Shown: positions 10,400 through 20,201 of the stretch, piece after piece
Layout of the letters: the number at the start of each line of letters is the position of its first letter
Position numbering within the stretch: position 1 is the stretch's first letter
Origin: Sphingobacteriales bacterium
Lineage (GTDB): Bacteria > Bacteroidota > Bacteroidia > Sphingobacteriales > Sphingobacteriaceae
Direction of reading: 5' to 3'
NCBI GenBank assembly: GCA_038204935.1
Contig: JBBRCI010000002.1
Location: forward strand, 24,888 to 88,887
DNA: 64,000 bases
Notes under the pieces: model-generated
Seen by the model: only the letters and a program-made list of their open reading frames with translations
Database searches by the model: none
Told to the model about the DNA's origin: nothing
Program-made: the position numbers and the translations under genes

Positions 10400-12255
10400 T
10401 AATTTTTATCTGATAAATCTATCCAGCGTAAGGTTTGATTCTCGATAGAGGTGTTTAAATTTTGTATAGAAGTTGCTAACTCTGAAAGTCTGGTATGATC
10501 TGTAATACCTGAATTTAATTCATCAGTCAGGGATAAAATTTGATCTTCGGATGTTTTAATGCCGCTTTCCAGATCCTGTAACTCCTTTTGTTCTTTAAAT
10601 GTTAATTTCTTTGTTTCAATATCTTTAACGGTTTTCTCTTCAACTTTAGCAATGGTTTTTTTTGCTGATTTTAAGTCTTCCTGCTCAAAGCGATAATCTG
10701 TATAATTGCCAGAATAGATACGCACCCTTCCATCTCCCTCAAAAATAAATAACTGATCGGTTAACCTGTCAATAAGATATCTATCGTGAGAAACCAACAT
10801 TAAAACACCAGGAAAGTTTAATAAGAAATCTTCAAGAACATTTAATGTATCAATATCCAGATCGTTTGTTGGCTCATCAAGAATCATGAAATTTGGGTTT
10901 TTCATTAAAACCCGCATTAGTTGTAATCTCTTCTTTTCTCCACCACTAAGTTTATTTACAAAACCAAATTGTTTGGCAGGAGGAAATAGGAAGTGAGTTA
11001 AAACCTGGCTTGCGGTAAGATTTTTTCCATCAGCCATGGTTATATATTCAGCGACATTTTTTACTACATCTATTACCCGGTCATCTTCATTAAATTCTAA
11101 TCCTCCCTGACGGTAATATCCAAATAAGGTAGTTTCACCCAGATTAATTTTTCCTGAATCAGGCTTGTAGGTTCCGGTGATTAAATTTAACAAAGTTGAC
11201 TTCCCGGTTCCGTTTTTGCCGGCAACACCTATTCTGTCCCCTTTTTTAAATGTGTAACTAAAATCCTGCATGATTGCTTTACCATCAAAACTTTTAGAAA
11301 CGTGGTCCAGTTCTAATATTTTATTACCCTGGCGGGATACATTTACACTCAATTCTAATGATGATTTTTCCTGCCTACCTTTAGTTTTCTCTTCGAGATC
11401 GTAAAAAGAGTCAATTCTTGATTTTGATTTGGTAGTTCTGGCTTTAGGCTGGCGTCTCATCCATTCTAATTCCTTCCGCAACAGATTTGTATTTTTTTCA
11501 AATGCCGCATCAGTTGCTGCATCTTGTTCGGCTTTTCTTTCCAGATAATAACTGTAATTTCCTTTATAAGAGTAAAGCTTTCCTTTGTCTAATTCAATAA
11601 TTTGACTGCTAACATTATCCAGAAAATAGCGATCGTGAGTAACTAAAATTATAGTTTTCTGACCAGTTGTTAAAAAATTTTCAAGCCACTCAATTGTTTC
11701 TATATCTAAATGATTGGTTGGTTCATCCAAAATATAAACATCCGGATCGTCAATTAGTAGTTTCGCTAATGCCAGCCTTTTGCGCTGTCCACCAGATAAA
11801 GTAGAAATTTCTTGTTCTAAATGTTGAATTCCTAATCGACCTAAAATGGTTTTAATTTCATACTCATATTCCCATGCATTTTGGTTGCTTAATTCATCCA
11901 TTAAATGGGATAACAAAGTTTCATCATGTACTGGTTTTTCAAGTTCTTCTTCATATTGGCGAATTAGCTGCTGCTGAATATTGCCAATGGAATAAATGAA
12001 ATCTGAAATGGTAGATTTATCATTAAAAGTAGGATCCTGCTCGAGGTATCCAATTTTTAAGTCTCTTTCGGTGACAACTTTACCCATAGAAGGAGCGATG
12101 CTGCCTGAAAGTATTTTTAATAGAGTTGATTTGCCGGTACCGTTTATACCAACTAGGGCTACGCGGTCTCCCTTAGAAATACCAACATATAAATCTTTAA
12201 ATAACCATGCATCATTAAATGAATGGCCTAATTGTTCTGTAGATAAAATACTCAC
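10399..12255 (-). CDS. ABC-F family ATPase (Uup-like)
   Basis: Two ABC cassettes (GINGTGKST and GKNGTGKST; LSGGQRKR and LSGGEKKR; LDEPTN), no TM domain, C-terminal coiled coil. GTG start overlaps the upstream TGA. Confidence 0.92.
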   Translation of the reverse strand: MSILSTEQLGHSFNDAWLFKDLYVGISKGDRVALVGINGTGKSTLLKILSGSIAPSMGKVVTERDLKIGYLEQDPTFNDKSTISDFIYSIGNIQQQLIRQYEEELEKPVHDETLLSHLMDELSNQNAWEYEYEIKTILGRLGIQHLEQEISTLSGGQRKRLALAKLLIDDPDVYILDEPTNHLDIETIEWLENFLTTGQKTIILVTHDRYFLDNVSSQIIELDKGKLYSYKGNYSYYLERKAEQDAATDAAFEKNTNLLRKELEWMRRQPKARTTKSKSRIDSFYDLEEKTKGRQEKSSLELSVNVSRQGNKILELDHVSKSFDGKAIMQDFSYTFKKGDRIGVAGKNGTGKSTLLNLITGTYKPDSGKINLGETTLFGYYRQGGLEFNEDDRVIDVVKNVAEYITMADGKNLTASQVLTHFLFPPAKQFGFVNKLSGGEKKRLQLMRVLMKNPNFMILDEPTNDLDIDTLNVLEDFLLNFPGVLMLVSHDRYLIDRLTDQLFIFEGDGRVRIYSGNYTDYRFEQEDLKSAKKTIAKVEEKTVKDIETKKLTFKEQKELQDLESGIKTSEDQILSLTDELNSGITDHTRLSELATSIQNLNTSIENQTLRWIDLSDKN

Positions 12256-12908
12256 ACTAATTTCTTAATTTGTTCTGAGGAATAAACAAAGGTTCCTTCC
12301 ATTTCTTTTGTTGATTGATTGTACATGGCTTTAGCAACATCTAAGGCTTTAATACTTTTATACTTTTCTAATTTACCTATCAATAAAGGGCCAATTAATT
12401 TCATCAAAGGTTCTACAACTTTCTCTGAAAGTCTGGTTTCTTTTCTATTCCCTACTAAAAAGGAGGGTTGATAAATATGTAATGAATTGATATTCAAGTT
12501 TTTAATACTTTTTTCCAACAATCCTTTTAATTTCAAATAATAAGTAGTCGAATTTTCATCAGCACCTAATGAAGAAACTATATGAAATTGTTCAACCCCA
12601 TTTTTGGTAGCTATCTGTGCAATTTGTAAAGGATAGTCATGATCAATTCTTTTGTATTCAGATTTATCAGGAGTTTTATCTTTTGTTGTTCCGAGGCAAC
12701 TGAAGATAGCATGACCATTTATTATATCATCATAACTTGATATTTCATCAAAATTTATAATTTTCTTTATTAATTTAGTATGAGTAACCGGTAAGTCGGA
12801 TCGGGATAACGTCAAAACCTCAGAATAATAAGCTCCATCTAAAAGCAACTGAAGTAAATTACTGCCAATAAGTCCACTCGCACCAATTAATATAGCTTTA
12901 CGCGACAT
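12252..12908 (-). CDS. NAD(P)-binding oxidoreductase (TIP30/YraR-like atypical SDR)
   Basis: GASGLIG, SCLGTT, VSSLGAD, YLKLKG and QPSFLVG. ATG 12908 lies downstream of a TACCTTTG -7 box at 12929-12936. Confidence 0.85.
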   Translation of the reverse strand: MSRKAILIGASGLIGSNLLQLLLDGAYYSEVLTLSRSDLPVTHTKLIKKIINFDEISSYDDIINGHAIFSCLGTTKDKTPDKSEYKRIDHDYPLQIAQIATKNGVEQFHIVSSLGADENSTTYYLKLKGLLEKSIKNLNINSLHIYQPSFLVGNRKETRLSEKVVEPLMKLIGPLLIGKLEKYKSIKALDVAKAMYNQSTKEMEGTFVYSSEQIKKLV

Positions 12909-12995
12909 ATAATTATTTAAATAGCTGCAAAGGTACACAATAAGATGTTTGGAATAAAAGTTGCGTGTTTAAACATGTAATTTAATTCGGTAATT

Positions 12996-13706
12996 ATGAA
13001 AAAGTTAATTTATAGGGCAGATGAACGAGGCATGCAAAATCATGGATGGTTAAAGGCAGCTCACTCTTTTAGTTTTGCAAACTATTATGATCCCTTAAAA
13101 AATAATTTTGGACTATTAAGAGTTCTCAATGATGATATTATTTCGCCTGGGATGGGTTTTGGAACCCATGGTCATGATAATATGGAAATTGTGACTATTC
13201 CCTTAAAAGGTTCATTGGCACATAAAGATAGTCTGGGTTCTGAAGGCCTTATCGGTCCCGGAGAAGTTCAGGTAATGTCGGCAGGTAGCGGAATTCGTCA
13301 TTCGGAGTATAATGGCTCTATAACAAATGAAGTTAATTTGCTTCAGCTTTGGGTTTTTCCCAAAAAAGAAAACATCGAACCAAGGTATGATCAAAAGAAA
13401 TTTGAGATTGAAGGAAAAGATAATCACTTTCATGTATTAGTTTCTCCGAATGGAGAAGAAAATAGCATGTGGATCAATCAGGACGCATTTTTTAGTCTGG
13501 GAAACTTTACTAAAGACTTTGCTCAAAATTACCAGATCAAACATCAGGGAAACGGAGCGTATGTATTTTTAATTGAAGGTAAGATAGAAATTGACGGCGA
13601 AACATTTAATAAAAGAGACGCTGCGGGAATTTATGAAACGGATGCATTTGATATTAAGATTTTAGAAAATTCTAAGATCTTAGTTATAGATGTACCCATG
13701 AACTAA
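12996..13706 (+). CDS. Pirin family protein (YhhW-like)
   Basis: HSFSF, GLLRVLNDD, HGHDNMEI, MSAGSGIRHSE and LLQLW. Confidence 0.92.
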   Translation: MKKLIYRADERGMQNHGWLKAAHSFSFANYYDPLKNNFGLLRVLNDDIISPGMGFGTHGHDNMEIVTIPLKGSLAHKDSLGSEGLIGPGEVQVMSAGSGIRHSEYNGSITNEVNLLQLWVFPKKENIEPRYDQKKFEIEGKDNHFHVLVSPNGEENSMWINQDAFFSLGNFTKDFAQNYQIKHQGNGAYVFLIEGKIEIDGETFNKRDAAGIYETDAFDIKILENSKILVIDVPMN

Positions 13707-14141
13707 TTAAACAAATGATCTGGAAGCAAGATATTGATCTTCCTTTAGAGTCATCAACTTTTTTGCTTTTTGGCCTTTATCAGGATATCCTAACAGATGA
13801 AGTGTGCCGTGGATAATTACACGGTGTAATTCATCTGTTTCTTTTACATTAAATTTTTCTGAGTTTTCTTTGATACGGTCTATGCTGATAAATATATCAC
13901 CAATGATTAGACCTTCTGTTTCACTGTTATCAAAAGTGACTATGTCCGTAAAGGTATCGTGATTTAAATATTGCTGATTAATATTTAAAAGATAGTGGTC
14001 GTTGCAAAAAATGAAGTTTAATTCGCCAAGTTTATAATTCTCAGATTTGATGGTATCTCTAATCCAGGACCTTAGAGCCATTTTTTGTTTTAACGTAAAC
14101 TCAATCTCCTCTATAAAAAAATGAATTGGGTATTGGGGCAT
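13707..14141 (-). CDS. ybeY: rRNA maturation RNase YbeY
   Basis: HDTFTDIVTF, GDIFIS and the HRVIIHGTLHLLGY zinc motif. Confidence 0.95.
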   Translation of the reverse strand: MPQYPIHFFIEEIEFTLKQKMALRSWIRDTIKSENYKLGELNFIFCNDHYLLNINQQYLNHDTFTDIVTFDNSETEGLIIGDIFISIDRIKENSEKFNVKETDELHRVIIHGTLHLLGYPDKGQKAKKLMTLKEDQYLASRSFV

Positions 14142-14575
14142 TAGAATTTAAAGTGCAGCTCTAATTCGTTACCTTTTGTGTTGAAAATACACTGATCAGC
14201 CAGTTTTTTTATGATAAAAACTCCTCTTCCGCTATAATTTTCTAAATTTTCAGGATCAGTTGGATCTGGCAGGTTGTTATAATCGAAGCCATCGCCTTCA
14301 TCAGCAATAGTAAAAATCATCCTTTTACCTTCAATAACTTCCAGGTTTAAGTAAATCTTTTTGGAAGCATCTTGCTTATTACCATGTACGATACTGTTAT
14401 TTACCGCTTCGCTTAAGCAGATCAATACATTTGCATAGGTCTCTTCACTTAAATCATATTTATCCCGGAGGTTTTCAATGAAGTTTTCGACCGTAAGGAT
14501 ACTGTCTATTTTAGAAGGTAACTGCAGGGTATATAAACCTGTGTTAGCTGAAAAATCAATCGAGTTAGTGCTCAT
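14141..14575 (-). CDS. Anti-sigma-factor-like ATP-binding protein (RsbW/HATPase_c_2)
   Basis: LSEAVNNSIVHGN (N box), IADEGDGFD (G1) and SGRGVFII (G2). Confidence 0.85.
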   Translation of the reverse strand: MSTNSIDFSANTGLYTLQLPSKIDSILTVENFIENLRDKYDLSEETYANVLICLSEAVNNSIVHGNKQDASKKIYLNLEVIEGKRMIFTIADEGDGFDYNNLPDPTDPENLENYSGRGVFIIKKLADQCIFNTKGNELELHFKF

Positions 14576-17500
14576 TATTACCCGAATTTAAGAATTTAAA
14601 ATAATCTCCCACTTTTATTTTGTAAAATGAATTTAAAGCAGGAGGTACCGTCTTTAATAATTCAGTCTCACGCTGCTTAATTTTTTGATATTCCTGAAGG
14701 AATATTTTATAGTCAGGAGCCATATCAATCCCCTTTTTACTCTCTCGCTTAACATCCTGCTCCCTCTCACGATCTGCTTTTTCTGCCTCGAGCAATTTAG
14801 TTAAAATTTCTTGTTGCCGAACAATAGTTTCTTGTTGAATGTTTCGGTTTACGAGATCAGTTTCAGTTTGTTCCATTTGCTTCATCAACTTATCCAGATT
14901 ACCCAGTCCGTTTTGACCATCTTTATTCATTTCACGGTTAATATCCTGCATGGCCTGTCTGATTATTTGCTGCTCACGAGCCATTTTTGCTAAAGACTGA
15001 CTCATGGAACCTTTTCCCTGGCTTTGTTTGCCTTGTCCGCCTTCTTGCTGCATTTTTTGCCTTGCCTGCTGCATGTTTTTGTTTAGCTGTTCCTGCATTT
15101 TACTTAGTTGAGATAAGCTTTGTTTTTTCTTGCCTTTACCTCCCGATTGTGCATTACGCTGCGCTTTCTGCAACTGATCCAAGGCCTCACTCAACATCAG
15201 GGCCAAATTGTTAATAGAGGTCATTGCAAATTGTTGATTTCGGTTTGCTTCCGGTATTTTCCTGTCAGACAAGTTTTCAAGCGATACTTTAACACTGTTA
15301 TTAATGGTTTGAATCTCCTTATTAACAACAGTTTCTATTTGAGGAACCTTTTTGCTTAAAGAATATAAGCTGTCTTCAACCATTTTTAAATGATCTTTAA
15401 TGTCCTTTTGCTTTTGAACATTCATAGAAAAATTAGGATTCGCCGGATTCATGTTTTTAAAAGTCTGCATGACTTTTTCCTGATCAAATGAAGTTATAAG
15501 CAGGTTATCTAATATTTCCCGGAGACTTTGAATATTTACCTCACTTTCTTCCATTTCACTTTCCTGCTGCATGCTTTCCAGCTTTTGTGCTAATTGCTGC
15601 ATTTTTTCTGCGGCATTTTTTTGATTCTGAGAAGCTTTATTGTTATTTTTTTTCTCCAGATTTTCAGAACTTTGTTTCTGTTGTTCTTCAATAGCTTGCT
15701 GTTCCTTTTCGGGATTCTGAAAATCATTCGGCTTTTCCAGAAGTTGATTTTTATCCTGAAGTTCGTCAAGATTCTTTTTGATATCCGAAAAATCGGTGTT
15801 TAAACTTTCCTGATCTTTTTTTAACTGATCTGTTGATTGTTTCTTTTGCTCTGTAGCTTCGCTCAGTTCCTGCTGTTCTTTTGATAATTCCTTAAGCTTA
15901 TCTGTAGTTAAAGCTAATTTTTGATCAAATTCAAGCTGTTTATATAATTCTAAAATTCTGTCCAGTTCTTTCTGCAAAGATTTTTGATCCACCTGCATCT
16001 TTGATAACTCATCCTGAGTGGAGTTTTTATTATTCTCCTCTAAAAGTTTTTCGATATTTTTAAGAATTTCCCTTGTTTTTTCATCCAGAACATTGTTAAA
16101 TAAATCTTCAATTTGTTTTTGTTTTTGCAGCAGCTCTTCGTTTAAATTTTGATTTTCTTTCTGCTCAAATAAATTCTGCTTATTATCTTTCTGGATATCC
16201 TTTATCAGGCTTTCTAATTCTTTTTGCTTGGATAAAAGCTCTTCTATCTGCTTTTTATCATCATAATTAAGAGTTTTCTTCTCTACCAAAGCCTGGTTTA
16301 ATCGCTTAGCTTCTTTCTCTACTTCGGCAGCTTTGCGAATGGCCTGACTCATTTTATTTTTTACAGATTCCGTATTGGCATCAATTTGTTTTTCTACCTC
16401 ATCCGTTGTTGGTGATTTAAATATTTTTATTTCTGACTTCTTTGATTTAGCGCCATTTACAGCATCATTATCCCAGATCTCAAAAAAGTATTCAACACTC
16501 TGTCCGGAAGAAACTAGTGTTTTAAAATCCTGAGCATGAAAAAAACTACTCTGTAAACCGTTTTTGTTAAATGGGATCGACTGAACTAAATGTTTTAAAA
16601 CTTTTCCATTTTCCGGATCAATAACCTTAGCATCAAAAATTAATTTACTGAAGCCATAATCGTCATTTAGCTGGCCTACAAAATAAAGCACTTTATTATT
16701 TACTGAATCTGGTTTTTCCACCAGTTGAATTGCAGGAAACAGATCTGGAATTACCTGAACATTATAAGATAATTCATCATTAACCCTGATCTCAGAATTT
16801 GCTGGTTTTAAATTATATTCAAAATTACCTAGAGCTCTTTTTTCAAATTTATAAACCCCTTTTTTTTCTGAATTGAACGCAGATTTTTTACCACTGCTTA
16901 TAAATTCTACTTTATCAGCATTTTCGGTTTTTAAAATCCATGTTAGTCGGGTTCCTTCCGGAATTATAAAATCGCCATTATTAGAGATAGTCTCATTTTT
17001 TTTACCCAGGTACGATGGATAGTTTAGTTTGACATCAAAATTTGTGATTTCTGGTCGCCGTTTTACATCAATTGTATAAGATGGCGAGGAATACTCGCCG
17101 GCAGAAAAATGGATAATTTTATCTTTTTGAAGATTTTTAAAAACATAATTGAACCGAACAATTGATTCTTTATCTAGTTTAAATGTGTTTACTCCATCTT
17201 CAAGGTAAACTTCCTGAGGGATTTCATTACCAATTAGCTTTATTTCAAGTTTAAAATCATCCCCGGAAACGGCCGTTAAATTTTTAGTAACAATTACAAA
17301 ATCAAATGGTGCCTTTTTTTCAAAGTGTTTGTTGAAATGAATGATACGATTTGTACTATCATCCAGAATACTAGGTGCTAAAAACAGGACAGAAACAATT
17401 AAGCATAAAGGAATTATGGCAAATTTTAAGTATTTCTTATTCTCGTTTAAGTTTATAGCAGAGGTAAACGGAATTGGGGTTAGTTCAATTATACGTTGAT

Positions 17501-17909
17501 TGATGCTGGCAATCATTAATTGATTGTGTTCAGTATTATTGTCGGCGAGCTTTTTAAGTTGCAGCGTATTTAATAATTTATCTTTTATTGGATAAAAATG
17601 ATTGCCGATAATAAGAGATGCTTTTTCATAATTAATAATATTGCCCAGTCTGAAATAGGAGAAAAGAGGGATCAGGATATAGTATATAAATATAATAAGG
17701 TTCAGGGTTAAAAAGCCATAGAATAAAATTCCACGAACTACCTGATTGAAATTGCCCCAGTATTCAGCAAGGCTGATTATTAAAAAAAGTGCAAAAAAAC
17801 TACTTAGAAGATAAATTCCGCCTCTTAAAACTTTATTCAAATAAAATTTCCTGACAAACTCATCCAATTTTTTTATTAAAAAATGATAGTTGTCGTTTAC
17901 ACTTTCCAT
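14565..17909 (-). CDS. DUF4175-like membrane-anchored, Ig-domain and coiled-coil protein
   Basis: 1114 aa with three N-terminal TM helices, a beta-rich middle (DDYGFSKL, YFFEIWDNDAVNGAK) and a long Q/K/E coiled coil ending RQQEILTKLLEAEKA. Confidence 0.75.
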   Translation of the reverse strand: MESVNDNYHFLIKKLDEFVRKFYLNKVLRGGIYLLSSFFALFLIISLAEYWGNFNQVVRGILFYGFLTLNLIIFIYYILIPLFSYFRLGNIINYEKASLIIGNHFYPIKDKLLNTLQLKKLADNNTEHNQLMIASINQRIIELTPIPFTSAINLNENKKYLKFAIIPLCLIVSVLFLAPSILDDSTNRIIHFNKHFEKKAPFDFVIVTKNLTAVSGDDFKLEIKLIGNEIPQEVYLEDGVNTFKLDKESIVRFNYVFKNLQKDKIIHFSAGEYSSPSYTIDVKRRPEITNFDVKLNYPSYLGKKNETISNNGDFIIPEGTRLTWILKTENADKVEFISSGKKSAFNSEKKGVYKFEKRALGNFEYNLKPANSEIRVNDELSYNVQVIPDLFPAIQLVEKPDSVNNKVLYFVGQLNDDYGFSKLIFDAKVIDPENGKVLKHLVQSIPFNKNGLQSSFFHAQDFKTLVSSGQSVEYFFEIWDNDAVNGAKSKKSEIKIFKSPTTDEVEKQIDANTESVKNKMSQAIRKAAEVEKEAKRLNQALVEKKTLNYDDKKQIEELLSKQKELESLIKDIQKDNKQNLFEQKENQNLNEELLQKQKQIEDLFNNVLDEKTREILKNIEKLLEENNKNSTQDELSKMQVDQKSLQKELDRILELYKQLEFDQKLALTTDKLKELSKEQQELSEATEQKKQSTDQLKKDQESLNTDFSDIKKNLDELQDKNQLLEKPNDFQNPEKEQQAIEEQQKQSSENLEKKNNNKASQNQKNAAEKMQQLAQKLESMQQESEMEESEVNIQSLREILDNLLITSFDQEKVMQTFKNMNPANPNFSMNVQKQKDIKDHLKMVEDSLYSLSKKVPQIETVVNKEIQTINNSVKVSLENLSDRKIPEANRNQQFAMTSINNLALMLSEALDQLQKAQRNAQSGGKGKKKQSLSQLSKMQEQLNKNMQQARQKMQQEGGQGKQSQGKGSMSQSLAKMAREQQIIRQAMQDINREMNKDGQNGLGNLDKLMKQMEQTETDLVNRNIQQETIVRQQEILTKLLEAEKADREREQDVKRESKKGIDMAPDYKIFLQEYQKIKQRETELLKTVPPALNSFYKIKVGDYFKFLNSGNNEH

Positions 17910-18022
17910 AGGTTAACCTCTTTCGAAATTTGCCATTAATTTACTAAAAATTGGTGTTTTTAATTTTTTACTTACTCTCTATACTGAAACAGAAGGTTTA
18001 TTTTTAAGAAACAATGTTGAAT

Positions 18023-18098
18023 TGTAATCAAAATATTACATAAAACATAGCTTTTTTTGCCTGAAAAGCACAAATAGCTTTTTTGGCATAAATTATGT
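18023..18098 (+). promoter_or_regulatory. Putative sigma-54 promoter with upstream enhancer palindrome
   Basis: TTGGCATAAATTATGT at 18083-18098 (GG-N10-GT). TGTAAT-N6-ATTACA at 18023-18040. Confidence 0.5.
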
Positions 18099-18161
18099 TA
18101 ATTATGACATTAATTATCTAACTTAACATATTGCAAACACCTACCTATAAAACATACTATT

Positions 18162-18623
18162 ATGAAAAAAATTCTCCTACTCTCGTTAATTGCCTTGGTT
18201 ACAGTAGCAAGCTGTAAAAAGGACAAGAAAAAAGAAATCAGCAAGCCAGTTACAGAACAACTTAAAGGCACATGGTTAACAATTTCTGAAAACTCTGTTT
18301 ATTTTGATTCTTCGAACAAGCAGGTTTTCCAAAGCAGCAATACTCCAGGATCTAAATATGTGATTGGAGATGCTATAAACCGTTTCGATTTAGCAGATAA
18401 ACATAATTTAACTTCAAGTTATGCTGTAACAAACGTAAACGGTAAAAACTATATTTCATTTACAGATGGAGGAGCAAGCCAGAGATTTGAAGTAGTTTAT
18501 GTAGACACTAAAATGATGACCTGGAAACAGGAGAAAACAAATGTGACATACAACGATAATGGAACAAAAACTGCGGCAAAAGTTGTTTATACAATAAACT
18601 TCCATTGCCCTTGCAGGGATTAA
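18162..18623 (+). CDS. Lipocalin-like lipoprotein, hypothetical
   Basis: Lipobox VASC-KKD, LKGTW lipocalin-like first strand, C-terminal FHCPCRD. Confidence 0.7.
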   Translation: MKKILLLSLIALVTVASCKKDKKKEISKPVTEQLKGTWLTISENSVYFDSSNKQVFQSSNTPGSKYVIGDAINRFDLADKHNLTSSYAVTNVNGKNYISFTDGGASQRFEVVYVDTKMMTWKQEKTNVTYNDNGTKTAAKVVYTINFHCPCRD

Positions 18624-18641
18624 AAGCTCAAATCGCATTTC

Positions 18642-18673
18642 AAAAGGCTTTGTATTTATACAAGGCTTTTTTT
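18642..18673. terminator. Imperfect bidirectional terminator between convergent genes
   Basis: AAAAGGCTTTGTAT-TT-ATACAAGGCTTTTTTT hairpin with A and T tracts. Confidence 0.55.
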
Positions 18674-20066
18674 ATGCGGGTATAATTGATAATAATTCCT
18701 TAATTTTTGAAAGAAACTCTGAAGTTGAAACCTTTAGCTGTTCGCCGCTCATCATGTTTTTGATAGTCACTAAGTTTTCTGCTATCTCATCGCTGCCTAT
18801 TAATACAACTAAAGGTATTTTTTTATCATCAGCATAAGTCATCTGTTTTTTAAGTTTAGCTGAAGAAGGATATATTTCAGAATAAATCCCTTTTTCTCTA
18901 AGTGAAAATAGCAATGGCAGGGCAAATTTTTCTGCTTTTGCATCAAAATTGCTAAATAAAACCTGAGTGGTTAAAATGGCATCAGAAGGGAAAAGATTCA
19001 ATTCTTCCAACACATCATAAATTCTATCAGCGCCAAAAGATATTCCAACACCAGTTAAATTTTTAAGACCAAACATTCCGGTGAGGTCATCATAACGGCC
19101 ACCTCCGCCAATACTTCCCATAGCTGCTTCGTTAGTTTTAACTTCGAAAATAGCTCCGGTGTAATAATTCAATCCACGGGCTAAAGTTATGTCCAGTTGG
19201 CAGTCGCCTTTAAAGTCTGAGAAAGCATTGAGATAACTAAAAATTGTTTCAATTTCCTCTATACCATTGGTTCCGGTTGCTGAACTGGCCAAAACGGATT
19301 TAAGTTTTTCTAGTTTTTCTGAATTGCTTCCTTGCAATAAAATAACCGGTTTTAAAATGTCGATATCCTGATTTGTAAAACCCCGGTCAATTAATTCTTT
19401 AGAAACCCCTTCGAGACCAATTTTATCCAATTTATCAATCGCAACGGTCATGTCGACAATTAATTCTGGTTTACCAATAATTTCGGCAATGCCGGAGAGA
19501 ATTTTCCGATTATTAATTTTAATGGTGAAGTCCTTTAATCCAAGTTTACTTAATGCTTCATTGTAAATTAGTATAAATTCTGCCTCATTCAATAAACTTT
19601 CAGAACCAACCACATCTGCATCACACTGGTAAAATTCGCGGTAGCGACCCTTTTGAGGCCGGTCTGCACGCCAAACCGGTTGAATCTGGAAACGTTTAAA
19701 AGGAAAAGTAATGTCGTTCTGGTGCATCACAACATAACGGGCAAAGGGAACAGTTAAATCATATCGCAATGCTTTTTCAGAAATTTCAGTTACAAGTCCA
19801 TTTGAGTTTTTTGCTTCAAGCTTATCTGCGGAAGCTTTTGAAAGATAATCTCCGGAGTTTAATATTTTGAAAATTAGCTTATCGCCTTCTTCGCCGTATT
19901 TTCCTGTTAAGGTTGCAAGGGTCTCCATAGTTGGAGTTTGTATTTCCTGATATCCGAATTTTTTGAAAACTCCTTTTATTGTATCGAAAATATAATTGCG
20001 CTTCACCATTTCAGTTGGTGAAAAATCCCTTGTTCCTTTGGGAATAGCCGGTTTAATGTTAGACAT
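18672..20066 (-). CDS. hisS: Histidine--tRNA ligase
   Basis: PKGTRDF, LRYDLTVPFARY, WRADRPQKGRYREFYQCD, LARGLNYYTG and GGGGRYD. Start ATG 20066. Confidence 0.98.
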   Translation of the reverse strand: MSNIKPAIPKGTRDFSPTEMVKRNYIFDTIKGVFKKFGYQEIQTPTMETLATLTGKYGEEGDKLIFKILNSGDYLSKASADKLEAKNSNGLVTEISEKALRYDLTVPFARYVVMHQNDITFPFKRFQIQPVWRADRPQKGRYREFYQCDADVVGSESLLNEAEFILIYNEALSKLGLKDFTIKINNRKILSGIAEIIGKPELIVDMTVAIDKLDKIGLEGVSKELIDRGFTNQDIDILKPVILLQGSNSEKLEKLKSVLASSATGTNGIEEIETIFSYLNAFSDFKGDCQLDITLARGLNYYTGAIFEVKTNEAAMGSIGGGGRYDDLTGMFGLKNLTGVGISFGADRIYDVLEELNLFPSDAILTTQVLFSNFDAKAEKFALPLLFSLREKGIYSEIYPSSAKLKKQMTYADDKKIPLVVLIGSDEIAENLVTIKNMMSGEQLKVSTSEFLSKIKELLSIIPA

Positions 20067-20201
20067 GCGCCAAAGGTACAAAACAAAGAGAATGTGTAAA
20101 GCTAGATTTAAAAGGAAGATGAACAGTCTACACTCATTTCAGAAACTTTTATTGATAAAAAAAATTATTCATAAATTTAATATGGAATAAATGAAAAAGC
20201 C

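Noticed and set aside
13812-13835. Palindrome AATTACAC-G-GTGTAATT inside ybeY
   Set aside because: It falls on the conserved HRVIIH metal-binding codons, with no independent support for a DNA-level role.
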